Shown piece after piece: positions 51,935-63,205 of a stretch of 64,000 nucleotides of DNA (its first letter is position 1; each line of letters begins with the position of its first letter). The translations under genes were made by a program, and so were the position numbers. The notes under the pieces were generated by a model that saw only the letters and a program-made list of their open reading frames with translations, was not told the origin of the DNA and ran no database searches. The stretch comes from Gekko japonicus. Taxonomy: Eukaryota. The DNA lies in contig NW_015167177.1 of the NCBI RefSeq assembly GCF_001447785.1, positions 1-64,000 of the forward strand, in the 5' to 3' direction.

Positions 51935-52003
51935 GTCACACATGTCGAGCCTTGGGAGAAAGGGAGCAGAAAAACAGCAGGCCAGACAGGGATGTGCGGA
52001 GGG
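51935..52003 (+). CDS. PRPF38B: PRPF38B coding exon 2
   Basis: tttgcag| acceptor and GGG|gtaagt donor. Encodes VTHVEPWEKGSRKTAGQTGMCGG. Confidence 0.97.
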
Positions 52004-52361
52004 GTAAGTAGAAGTACGTGCCTTCTGAATTTTTGCAGTTTTTTTTTATGAAACCTACTTGTGTATAAAATGAACACTGAACATCTGGCAAATCTAGGAT
52101 TGCTAGCTTTAATCAGTTTAGTTGTTATATCAGTCTCCTAAAGCCTCAGTTAATTAATTGTTAAGGGCATATTTTTATTGGTAGAACTGAGATGGAAGTT
52201 TCCTGTTAAACTGACTCCAAAAAGTTGACTCTGATTTGTTACTGAATCAAAACTTGGGGTGGGGGGGATATTAAATATGATGCTTCTTTCTAAAAATGAG
52301 AGGGAGATTTTTTTCTTTTTTAAAAAAAGTGTATAATTCAAAATGGTAGCCTATAAGGAAG

Positions 52362-52560
52362 CCGGCCCTGACCAGGATAGCCCAGGCTTGCCAGATCTTG
52401 GAAGGTAAGCAGGGTTGGCCCTAGTTAGTATTTAGATGGGAGACTCCCAAGGAATATTAGCGTGGCTATGCAGAGGCCAGCAATGGCAAACCACCTCTGA
52501 ATGTCTCTTGCCTTGAAAACCCAACAGGGTCACCATAAATTGGCTGTGACTTGATGGCAA
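52362..52560 (+). mobile_element. 5S rRNA-derived SINE with RTE-type tail
   Basis: 5S-like head gatcttggaaggtaagcagggttggccctagttagtatttagatgggagact. Tail gcaatggcaaaccacctct..gggtcaccataa..gacttgatggca. Confidence 0.85.
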
Positions 52561-53079
52561 AAATAGTAATAATAATGAAGCAGATTAATCTTAATTGCTT
52601 AGAAAGTATGATTAATTGGTTGATGGTCATAGAAAATAAGTTTAGATTTTCCTCCAAGCATGTCTTCGATGTATTTACACCTGTGCTTAGGCCATTTACT
52701 TGTCTAAGTGCTCCTTCCTAGTTGTAGGAATAACTACATGTACAAGTGGCTACTGCATATAACGTTTGCCACTTGTGACATAGTCCTTGTTGAAGTGTTG
52801 GCATCAGTGGTACATGCTGGGTAGAAGGAGGGGATAAATACAGTTATCACTTTCCTCCTGGGTGATCATACACAACTCCTGAATGGACCATTTCAACTTC
52901 AGAAAACCACTACTCTAGCCACCTGTAGCTGATTCAGAACTTCCTCCTAAAGTTCTGAGCCTGCTTATTCAGGAAAAGGAACGTTGGCATTTATATAAGG
53001 AAGTAAAAATTTTTAAAACCCTGTGTATTACTCTCAGGTGTTCAATCAGTTGCCATTTTTTTCTTCCTAATCTCTCAAG

Positions 53080-53231
53080 GTGCGTGGTGTTGGGACTGGC
53101 GGCATAGTGTCTACAGCCTTTTGCCTGCTGTACAAGTTATTTACCTTGAAGCTTACCCGTAAACAAGTGATGGGATTAATAACCCATACAGACTCCCCAT
53201 ATATCAGGGCCCTTGGATTCATGTATATTAG
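53080..53231 (+). CDS. PRPF38B: PRPF38B coding exon 3
   Basis: ctctcaag| acceptor and AG|gtaagt donor. Encodes VRGVGTGGIVSTAFCLLYKLFTLKLTRKQVMGLITHTDSPYIRALGFMYI (PRP38 domain). Confidence 0.97.
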
Positions 53232-53314
53232 GTAAGTAGTAACATGTGTAGCTGCCAACTAATTTAGTGCTCAAGAAACATTATTAAATTTACACAGTCT
53301 CTTTGTACTTCAAG

Positions 53315-53375
53315 GTACACACAGCCTCCAACAGATTTATGGGACTGGTTTGAATCCTTTCTTGATGATGAGGAG
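53315..53375 (+). CDS. PRPF38B: PRPF38B coding exon 4
   Basis: cttcaag| acceptor and GAG|gtatgt donor. Encodes YTQPPTDLWDWFESFLDDEE. Confidence 0.96.
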
Positions 53376-54193
53376 GTATGTCAACAAGGGTAATAATTTG
53401 TTTTCCTTTTTTCTTTCGTTTTCTTTCCAAAATCTTAGCTAAAGAAGCTTTGAAATAAAATGCTATAGGTTCCAAATTGTGAATTAAATTAAGATAGACT
53501 TTTTAAACACATGTGTCAAGCAGTAAAAATCCCATCTTTAACTTTATGCAAACTTATTAGGGACTAGGGTGTAGAGCCATGCTAACCATGTCCAAATAAA
53601 TCCAAGAGAAATTTAGTCTCTCCTGCCCGGGTGGGGGGGGGGGGACCGAACACATCCTCAGTGTGATGGCCAAGGTTTGGAGAAATATTGCGGGTTTCAT
53701 ACTTCATGAGAAATTGTTTTTAAAAACAAGTGGACAAAATGTTAAAGAATTAAAGAATTAATTTGGGTTTTGACCAAGAAAATGAACACTTTTATGGCAC
53801 CTGGCCTCTTCATATTTGGTGTAGAAGACATGATGTTCCCTTTTTTTAGGTGAGATTATTTTTTTGTGCCCCAGTTCTTGCTGTAGTATATGATATATTG
53901 AAATATAATTTTTTTGCCCTTTATATGGTAATACAGAAAGATGTTAGTTGTTGAACTCCCCAAAGTCATGGTCATTTTTGGTCCCTCTTTTCCATATTAG
54001 TAAAAAAATGCAGTAATACACAGAGTTAGAGTTTGCCTAAGTTTGTTAAAGATGTGGAAGCTGGTCAGCATTGTATCTCTGTTACATGTACTTGCCTAAG
54101 TGTTGTTAATGCTTTGACTACTTTGTTCATACTCTATTTTTGTGTGCACCTTTTAGGTACTTCATTAAGCTAATGTGTTGTTTTCTTCTTTAG

Positions 54194-54247
54194 ATCTCTG
54201 TGCACCGATTTTATTTGGAAATACTGTATATGAACACTTAAATGTGT
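54194..54247 (+). other. PRPF38B: Candidate poison (PTC-containing) cassette exon in PRPF38B intron 4
   Basis: Branch-like CTAAT at 54170-54174, ttttcttctttag| acceptor, in-frame ISVHRFYLEILYMNT then TAA, and TGT|gtgagt donor. Confidence 0.55.
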
Positions 54248-54281
54248 GTGAGTGCAAGCAGTTTTACATTTAGATTTTGTC

Positions 54282-54469
54282 NNNNNNNNNNNNNNNNNNN
54301 NNNNNNNNNNNNNNNNNNNNNNNNNNNNNNNNNNNNNNNNNNNNNNNNNNNNNNNNNNNNNNNNNNNNNNNNNNNNNNNNNNNNNNNNNNNNNNNNNNNN
54401 NNNNNNNNNNNNNNNNNNNNNNNNNNNNNNNNNNNNNNNNNNNNNNNNNNNNNNNNNNNNNNNNNNNNN
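54282..54469. other. Assembly gap (188 N)
   Basis: Run of N. Confidence 1.
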
Positions 54470-54991
54470 TATTTTTTTGCATAACTCTAAATTAGAAACC
54501 TCACTGCTTCATGGCAGTTGGTTTGCTATTGCTTCCAATTTAAGTAGGGTCCATTTTGTGCCTACAGCTTTTTCTGATCATTTTAGACAGGAAATGAAGT
54601 CGTCCTAAATCTGGTTGGGCCACAGTGTTGAGTGTGATCACTGTCCTCAAAAATGTTACAAATTTAGCTCTAATTATTTTCTATTTGGTGGCATAAAGAT
54701 TCAAGATGACAGTATATGCACCGGCTGTGTAAGGGAATTCGCTGTTAAGAAATGGACCCTTTGGTGTCTGACTGCAGGACTGGTACACACCTGCCTGCAT
54801 ACACACTAAATCAAAATCCCAGCCAGTAACCTATTTGGCCAAATACAAAGGAACAGGAGTTGAAGTGCTTAAGTGATCATATTTGAAACAGGAAAGATGG
54901 CAGTCAGAATAGTTGCATTTGTTTTAAACTGAACCTTAGGCGGCTTCTCACAGTCAGAATCTGTGTTCTGTTTTGTGTTTTATTTTTTAAG

Positions 54992-55215
54992 GACCTTGAT
55001 GTGAAAGCAGGTGGCGGCTGTGTCATGACCATTGGAGAGATGCTGCGCTCTTTCCTTACTAAACTTGAATGGTTTTCTACGTTATTTCCGAGGATTCCAG
55101 TACCAGTCCAGAAAAACATTGATCAGCAAATTAAAGCCAGACCTAGAAAAATCAAGAAAGATGGCAAGGAGGGAATAGAAGAAGTGGAAAGACATACAGA
55201 GCGTAGACGTTCAAG
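54992..55215 (+). CDS. PRPF38B: PRPF38B coding exon 5
   Basis: tattttttaag| acceptor and AG|gttata donor. Encodes DLDVKAGGGCVMTIGEMLRSFLTKLEWFSTLFPRIPVPVQKNIDQQIKARPRK...ERRRS. Confidence 0.97.
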
Positions 55216-55994
55216 GTTATACATAAACTTTAAGAATAACTGCTGTATTTAAATGTTGTCTTTCTTTAAATTTATGTCATTGACCTGTGTTCCTTTTTAC
55301 AACATGCTTCTAAAAGTTAGTGATATTTATGTGCTGTAGAGTATATAAAGAAATTAATATTCACTAGCTGGGCAATCCTTATAAAACTATTTGATTCCTA
55401 TACAGTTGTGGGGAGAGGGCTAGAATGGGTGTTAAGTCTTCTAAATGTAATTGTGTCCAGTATTCCACAAAATACTACTCAGTGGGAAAGATTTTTTTAA
55501 AATCCTGGCTAGTGTTTTAAAATCTGAAATCAGATTTGCTACTCATGTCTACTAAAAGCTTTTTCCAAACCCAGCCAGGAGGCCTCAATAATGTTTGATC
55601 TGATCATATGCATCTTTACTAAAAAGTGAAATCCCAGTGGGCTTAATGGTACTTGCTTCAGGTTAGTATGCGTAGGATTTCAATCTTAACTATATCAAAT
55701 ATCTTTTTATTGAATCAAGAGCTTTGTGGTATTCAGTCCAGCCTATTCTGAAGATGATCCACCAGAAATTTGCCAGTCTAACATCTACTTTATGTCTGTC
55801 TTTGCTGAACACTACAATAGCTGTAGTGCAGTTGATAGACGCTCATTCAAAAATGTTAGAAGATGGACTAATTTTGAAAGTTTAACAGTTACAGTAACAT
55901 GGAGTGGAAAATGTATAAAAGAAAGTACAAAGGCTTCTGTGTAAAACCCTAATTAGGAAAAAAATGAGTTTCTTAAGCATTTCTTTTTGTATAG

Positions 55995-56840
55995 GTCTCC
56001 AAGAAGGTCCTTGACTCCCAGGAGGTCACCTAGAAGATCAAGAAGCAGAAGTCGTCATCGTGAAGGTCGTGGGTCATCCAGCTTTGATAGAGAACTGGAG
56101 AGAGAGCGAGAACGACAAAGACTAGAACGTGAAGCGAAGGAGAGAGAGAGGGAGAGGCGAAGATCCCGAAGTTCTGATCGGGCATTGGAACGGAGGCGAA
56201 GCAGAAGCAGGGAGAGGCACAGAAGTCGAAGCCGTGATCGAAAAGGAGACAGAAGAGACAGGGAAAGGGAGAGAGAGAAAGAAAATGAACGTAGTAGGAG
56301 GAAAGAGCGGGACTATNNNNNNNNNNNNNNNNNNNNNNNNNNNNNNNNNNNNNNNNNNNNNNNAAATCAAAAGACAGAAAAAGTAAGAGTGAAATTGAAG
56401 AGAAGAGGCACAAAGAAGAAAAAGATGAAAGGAAGCATAGGGATGAGAAAAGAGATGCCAAGAAAGAGAGGAGACACAGCAGGAGTCGAAGTAGGGATCG
56501 AAAGCGTAGGAGTAGAAGTGTGAGTAGGAATGCTGGGAAGCACAGTAGAAGCAGAAGCAAAGAGAAGTCAAGCAAACACAAAAGTGAAAGTAAAGAGAAA
56601 TCAAACAAGCGGAGTAGGAGCAGGAGCAGAGGAAGAACTGATAGTGCTGAAAAGTCCCGAAAACGAGAGCTTAGTCCCAGTAAAGAGAGATCACGGAAAC
56701 GTAGTAAAAGCAAAGAAAGTTCTCATAAGCATGACCCCAGTGATAAGGACCACTCAGACAAACATGATCGTCAGAGGAGCCAAAGTACAGAACGAGAGAA
56801 TCAAGAAAAACAATCTAAAAACAAAGATGAGACTGTATGA
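55995..56840 (+). CDS. PRPF38B: PRPF38B terminal exon (RS/RE-rich domain), interrupted by an assembly gap at 56317-56363
   Basis: gtatag| acceptor. Reads SPRRSLTPRRSPRRSRSRSRH...RDY, then 47 N, then KSKDRKSK...QSKNKDETV and TGA. The frame changes only across the N run. Confidence 0.93.
56317..56363. other. Assembly gap (47 N) within PRPF38B exon 6
   Basis: Run of N. Confidence 1.
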
Positions 56841-57181
56841 ATGTTCAGAAGTGGATCATATTGAATCCTGTAAATGTTTGAAATCTTGCTTATTTTTTTT
56901 CCTTAAAGTTGAGGTTGTGCAGTAGTTGATGAGCACTCTTCTTCAATCTCCCTCTAGGCTGCAGATTGTCATTTCCTCTTTTGAGTAGGGAAGTGCCTTT
57001 GTAATCCCATTAAATGCATTGACTATTCCAGCCCATTGTTTAGTTAAAATTCAAGATACAAATCTGTGCATTTTTTTAACTTGTTCAAAATGTATCTGAA
57101 ATGTACAATCTGTACATATGTCCTGAAACTGTTCTAATCCCTTTGGCATGGTTTGCCATGTTGGTTAAATTTGTATACGGC

Positions 57182-57187
57182 AATAAA
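57182..57187 (+). terminator. PRPF38B: Probable PRPF38B proximal poly(A) signal
   Basis: AATAAA with several upstream TGTA elements (57091-57176) and a T/GT-rich downstream tract. Confidence 0.6.
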
Positions 57188-60100
57188 ACTGCCACTAATT
57201 CTACTTTGTTTTATAGATGTGGAATTATGGTTTCTCTCTCTGAATTAGCATGGCTGTGCTTTGCATAATAGTATGGCAGAAGCTTTTGAGGGTGGGTCTT
57301 GAACGTGTATTATAGCTAAAATATTTATGTGCATTCAACATCCATGAAGGCTGAAGCTCTAAAACTCGTGTGTCCATTTGTACTTCTTGTCTTCGAAAAG
57401 CATTTGAAATCTGTTTTTTATTTGTGACGTTCAAAAAGGCATTACTTTTAGGCTATGCTGTTCCAAGGGGGTAGCAATTTTTAAGGCAGGGATTTAGGAG
57501 TTGCTGAGGCTTATGTAGTAGTTCATGCTACCTCATAGGGATATTGATACGCCTATACCATATCTACATAGACTTTCTGGCTCACTTTTATTGTTCATGT
57601 AAAGATTCCATACAATATCCCTAGGGCTTTTTGTTGTTGTTGTTAAAAACAAAATTGGTGCCACCACCCTATCACTTATAAAGGAACCCCATGCTAACAA
57701 GACTGAAGAAGATAGAAAGAGGGAGCCGGGAAAGTGAAAGAAGGTCAAGCAGCAAACTTTAGTTTATGGCTTCCAAATCATTTTTTATAAATGAAAGACA
57801 CATTTAAAGTATCTTCATAGTGTTCTTTTTTTAATGCATCATTTTTTTTACAAAGACCTTGTGAGCATTGCTTGAGTTGAAGAATTTTCTCTCTAGCAAC
57901 GGGAAAACTAGGCAAATTTTTAAAACACTGATTACTTGTGAGATAATGTTAAAAATGCAGTATTGAAAAAAAATCATATCACAAAAGCTCATTTCTGTTT
58001 GGTAGACTTGTTCTAGTGACTTGTATAAGAAATATAAAATCTCTGGAATAAAGACTGGATTAATTTATTTGTGGCTTTTCCCCAGTTGTTCATTGCCAGC
58101 CGCCAAGTCATGTTGGTCTTTTCTGACTCATAAAAAGGAACAGTATGGTAGACTGAGCAGTTTAACATATAAAGAATAGACTTCCCAGCATATGAGTGGA
58201 ATGGTGGCAATTTGATACATCAGTTAATGGCTTTAAAAATAAGGTTTAGATCGATGAACTGCATAGTTATCTCTTTGCTTCACTTTTTGTCTATCCACCT
58301 GCAAGAAATGCAAAAAAAGTCCTGTATTTTGAGTGTGTGAAGGTTAACTGCTATTCCCCTTCCATGTTAATTTCCAGAGGCTTTGTCTTACAATGAACAT
58401 TTCCGTCTCATGCACTATATATCTGAAAAAGGCTCTTAGTATTCACTCAGCAGGTGAAAGAAGAGGTATCAGAATTGTGGTGTGGTACTTTCATGGCAGC
58501 CAGAAAGCTGTTATTTTGCATGCATGTATTACAAAATACTCTGATTGCTAGAAGTTCCTTAATGTATCGAGGAATCCTCAGCTTTAGGTGTTCTTGCAGT
58601 CCCTGCAAAATGCGGACAAGATGTAATATCAAATGGGTAAGTCGCTCTGCCTTGCTTACTAGGAATTTTGATCTGTACTGACATGTCACTGCTAAGACTG
58701 CTGCAGCAGTAGAGGAGCAACATTATCAGGGTGAACACAGTGGTGCAGTGAATACAGAATGGGAATTGATAAGATCCTTCTACCCTAGTCCAAACAAAAT
58801 TGCCTTGCACTGATGGTTTCTTACCTGTCTATCTCAGTTTGTTTCCCGTGAAACCTGGTGGTTGTCAGCATTCTTCTTTCCCTTGTAGATTACTGCAAAA
58901 ACAAACCAAAATACATATTTCAGATTTGGCAGATTAGGCTAAGTAGATGGGCAAACTATATTTACCCTGCCTGTTTTAATCCCATTTTCCTAGTCTCTCC
59001 CCCCCCCCCCGGGTTTTGGGGTTGTTGCTCCTGTTTCCTGGGACTCACAATCACTTTGAAAGGCATTACCTGCCCCACCCTGCTTGTGTGGGGAGGTATC
59101 TTTAGAATGTGGTGATGTCCAGCATGAAGTCCAAGATGAAAACTCATGTTGCAGGGGGATAGCCCTAGGGCTGAAAACTAGTTTTGATTGAGTCCTGGCA
59201 CAAAGTAGCTTAAAATGTTGTGTAGTATAATATTTATATTCCAGGTTATTTCCTTAGACTCAAGGTAGCTAACAAATAAGCAGCAAGTTGAAAACATATA
59301 AATCAAGTCCATCAACAAGATGGCATCTACACTGGAGTTGACCAACAATGACTGGGTTTTGTTTTGTTGTAGGTTAATTGGTTTTTCTTTGTTGAGCAAA
59401 TTTTCCCAGGTTGGAAACTGATCTTTCTTATTTTTACTTTCTATAGTATATAGCTTGGGCTTGTTTCCTTGAACTATCTTTTAAGACACATTTCAGGGAA
59501 CCTTTATATTTTGTGGTGCCAGGCCTGCACAGGGGGAAAAAATTGAGACTCCAAGTGCCAACACCAAATATGTATGAGCCCAAGTGACCAGTGCCCTAAG
59601 ATCTTCCAAACCCAAGTCTAGATCACAAAAGCTAGAAATAGAAAAAGCTAAGGATCTGTGAACACTTCTTATGCATCAGATTTTATGTGGAGTTAATGAT
59701 GATTATTCTTGACCACTCTTTTTAAAAGCTGAATCCAAAAGTGGTGAAACTGAGACTGCCAGCAAATGATTTCAGAATAGGTAAACCAAATTCCCGCTCA
59801 TCCAATATCCACCAAAAGTAACCCAAATGGCCTACTCACCCATTCCTACTGAACTTCCAGAACAAGTCACTAGAAATATAAGAAATATACAAAGTTCAAA
59901 ACCTTAATATCTGTGATAAATTGCACATTAATAATGAACACCATCATCATATATTCCAAGTCTCAACCCAGCCAAATCCAAGGATACAAAACACCTAGAT
60001 CTTTCCACAAACCTAAAAAATGCCTCAGGTTTGCAAAAAAATAAATAAATAAATAAATAAAAATAGGGGATTAAAAAACAGTCAAAATAGTAAAAAGAGT

Positions 60101-60319
60101 GTCTGTAGCTTTTAGAAATGGAGGCCTTCAATGGCCAATACTAGGCAGCCACTACAGTTATGAAAGCATTCTGGGCTTGGTTTGTCAGGAAAAGGCAGTG
60201 GGAGGGGTAGGCCTTTAAGGGAGGACTGCAGTGACCACTCAGCAGCTTGCTAGCCTGCAACTTGCATGACTCAAAGAGGCCACCACTGTTGCTATTCAAC
60301 ACCAGCTACCCAATGAAAA

Positions 60320-61630
60320 GCAGTGTAGCGTGGGTAGAGTTTCAGACTAGGTCCTTGAATCCCAGTTGCACTGTGAAAATTCAGTGGGTGACCTAGGTCA
60401 AGTTGCACATTCTCATGCTAATTTGCTTCAGTTCCAGTGGGCTGATGGGCTCCCCCTCACACCTGGGCCAAGCCATGTGACCGAAGGGCTGTCCAAGATG
60501 AGGCAGCAAGAGCACCTGGCCTGCCTGAACATTGTCCACCCAAGCCTCACACAGGGCAGGCAGCGGGGCCTAGCCTACCTGAAACCCATGTGAGGGGGGC
60601 AGCAAGGGTACCCTTCCCCCCCCCCAAGCATGACATGAATTGGGAGGAGCAGCAGTGCCTGGCCCACTGAAGCCCTGTGTGAAGTTAGGAAGGTGGTGAC
60701 ACCCAGCCTGCTTGAGCTGTACGTGAAGGTAAGGCAGGTGGTAACCTGCCTTACCTGAGCCCCATGTGAGGTGGCGATGCTCAGCCCAAGCCCCAAATGA
60801 GGCAGATGGCCACAGCCGTCCTGTCTGAGCACCACACAATGGTAGATGGGCTGCAGCATTGGCCAGCCCTGTGTGAGGCAGGCAGCAGTAATTCACCCAA
60901 CTCCTACGCAAGGCAAGGGAGGCAGCAGTGCCTAGCCTGGCCCATGTGAAGGAGAAGGTAGCATCTGGCCTGTCCCACCCAAGGCTGCAGCCAGCTCATC
61001 TGATCCTGAGGTGAGCAAGGACATGGCACCCAGTTCACCTGAGACCCACGCAGAGAGGTTCACAGCCCTCCTGAGGCCCACACAAAACCAGGGAAGCAGT
61101 GCCCAGTCCTCCTAAAGTGGCCCAAGGTCTACCTGTGCCCCATGCAAGGAAAGCAGCACCCAGCCAAACTGGTCAGGAATGCTGCCTTTTCCTTCCTACT
61201 TTGAGAGGATAAAGCAGGGCCAGGCAGACTGCCTCTTCCGCTCTCCCATGCTCCTTCCTTGGGTGGGGGGGGGGCTGTTCCAGGGTTTCTCTCTCCCAGT
61301 CTGCACCTTTTCACAGGGTTGTTGTGTGGCTAAAATGGAGGTGACCAGTGTTCCCTCTAAGCTGAGTTAGAGTGAGCTAGCTCACAGTTTCTTAGCCTCC
61401 GGCTCACACATTTTTGTCTCAGTTCAGGAAGGAGGGCTCCAGAGCAAACTAATTAATGCAGGAGCCAAATCGCCGGCTCACAACTTTAATGCCAGTAGCT
61501 CACAAAGTAGGATTTTTGCTCACGAGACTCCACAGCTTAGAGGGAACATTGGAGGTGACATGAATTATGTAAGCTGCTTTGGGTCCTCATTGTAGAGAAA
61601 AGGTAGGGTGTATATTAATTAAATAATAAA
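60320..61630 (+). mobile_element. Split tRNA-SINE (head 60320-60425, tail 61305-61630) with nested insertions
   Basis: Head gcagtgtagcgtgg..gggtgacctaggtcaagt; tail ttcacagggttgttgtg..taagctgctttgggtcc..ggtagggtgtata. Confidence 0.55.
61346..61551 (+). mobile_element. 206-bp hAT-type MITE
   Basis: TIRs CAGTGTTCCCTCTAAGCTG and CAGCTTAGAGGGAACATTG. Perfect 8-bp TSD GAGGTGAC. Confidence 0.92.
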
Positions 61631-63141
61631 TGTGGCTGAAAATGGGGAGGGCAGATAAATGTTAGGTTGCTTGGTGGGTGGGAAGGACAGAAGGAAGCAG
61701 GCAAATTTGCCCAGGAGAAGAGAAAGATGAAATAGTGCAGGGAAGGTGATACAGGGGGAAATGAGGTGCCATTCTCTACTTGCAGTTCCCCAGTATGCAA
61801 ATAGACCTGGCCTGGCACTGCAACTGGACCGTAATTTTCCAAGTAGAGGCTGCCATGGGTTGAGAAAGAAGGAAAACTGAAGACTAGTGAGGAGGGTGTG
61901 TGTGATAAAAGTAGGTTCATTGTTGGGGAGGGGGGAGAAGGAGGCAGGAAAAGGGGAGAGCTTTAAGGGAAGGGAAAGAAGATAGTGGGAGCGGGATTGA
62001 GATACTCCCACAAGTCCTTGCTGGTTCCCACTTGTGTATTCTAACAGCCAAGTGTGATGCCATCTGGAGATACTTAAATCCATGGATTGGGGTCATGGAG
62101 AAAGAATGCTTTTTCCTGCAAACTTGGGCATTGTCTGCACAAGCACAGACAACACAAACACTCTTTTATTGGCCTGCTGCTTGGAGGGTGGGGGGAGCAA
62201 GAGTTGCAGCTCTCCTCAACCAGGGAGGAAAACAAGGTGGTGGCTGTCTAGGGATGGCACCATTCTCAAGGCTGCCCCCCCCCAATCACTGTGATCCACA
62301 ATGAGGCAGTGAGGTTGCTGCAGCTTTGCTCCAGACAGCCTCCCCACTGCGGCCAGCACAGATCCCAGGGGCTCTGCCATTCCTGGTGGGACCAATGCAG
62401 CTCTGCCTCACCATCTGCCCACCACAGCCTGAGAAAAGCAAGGAGGCTGACCCACAGGCTCCTTATATGTGGCTTTGACTTTCACTGCTGGGGAGACTGC
62501 TGGTGTAGGATCCAGCTGAAGTCTAGCCTCAAAGCAGTCCACAGAAAATGCCAGCTCTAGTGGCCCAGGAGGAAGCCAAGGCAGGGCCAGAGAGGACAGC
62601 CCGGGCACAGCCCTGGGGGAAGCTGGGCCTGGTGGCCTACACCAGCCAGTCCCCTGACCTAATCAGTGTAGGGAGGCAGCTGGAGGGGGTGTGTGAAAAT
62701 GAGGAGGGGGTTGAAAAAGGGATGGAAAGGGCTGGGGAGCAGGGGAATCAGAAGCAGTGCAGTAAAAGAGAGGAGAGCGCTCTGGGGGAATCCCCTCCTG
62801 TGAGTCAAGGGGGCAAAGAGTGACCAAGGGGAACAGTGATGGAGAAGGGGGGGGGAAGGGGAGAAGGTTGACAGAGAAAGGATTGGGAGAAAGAGAGTGG
62901 GGGGAGAACGATAGAGGGGGGGAAGCAAAAGCAAACAATGGGATGCCACTTTCCTGCAAGTTCCTTATGTGTCCCCGCTTGTTGTTTTGTAATATTTGCA
63001 AAATGAATTTCACAAAATAACTTTTAAAAAGATCCACAGCAGTCAAGCTAAAAAGGATAGTTAAATGTTTTAACAGTGTTAAATGTTTTAAGTTTTAAAT
63101 GTTTTGACTGTATATGAACCTTGGTACACTGTGCCAGGCAA

Positions 63142-63205
63142 TGTGAGCCGCCCTGAGCCTGCTTGTGGAGAGGGCGGATTATAAATACAACAAATACATA
63201 AATAC
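63142..63205 (+). mobile_element. L2 3'-end remnant
   Basis: tgtgagccgccctgagcctgcttgtggagagggcggattataaata. The same terminal motif occurs at 51775-51812 and, inverted, at 36363-36410, 40330-40372 and 48115-48160. Confidence 0.7.

Noticed and set aside
52362-52450. 5S rRNA gene
   Set aside because: Partial and diverged 5S sequence fused to a retroposon tail and present in several copies, so it is a SINE head.
56317-56363. Apparent frameshift in PRPF38B exon 6
   Set aside because: The frame changes only across a 47-N gap of estimated length. Both sides are open and encode the expected RS-rich sequence, so this is an assembly artefact, not pseudogenisation.
56030-56713. 227-aa Leu/Ser-rich antisense ORF and other overlapping ORFs
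   Set aside because: Shadow of the purine-rich RS-domain codons of PRPF38B, and it spans Ns.
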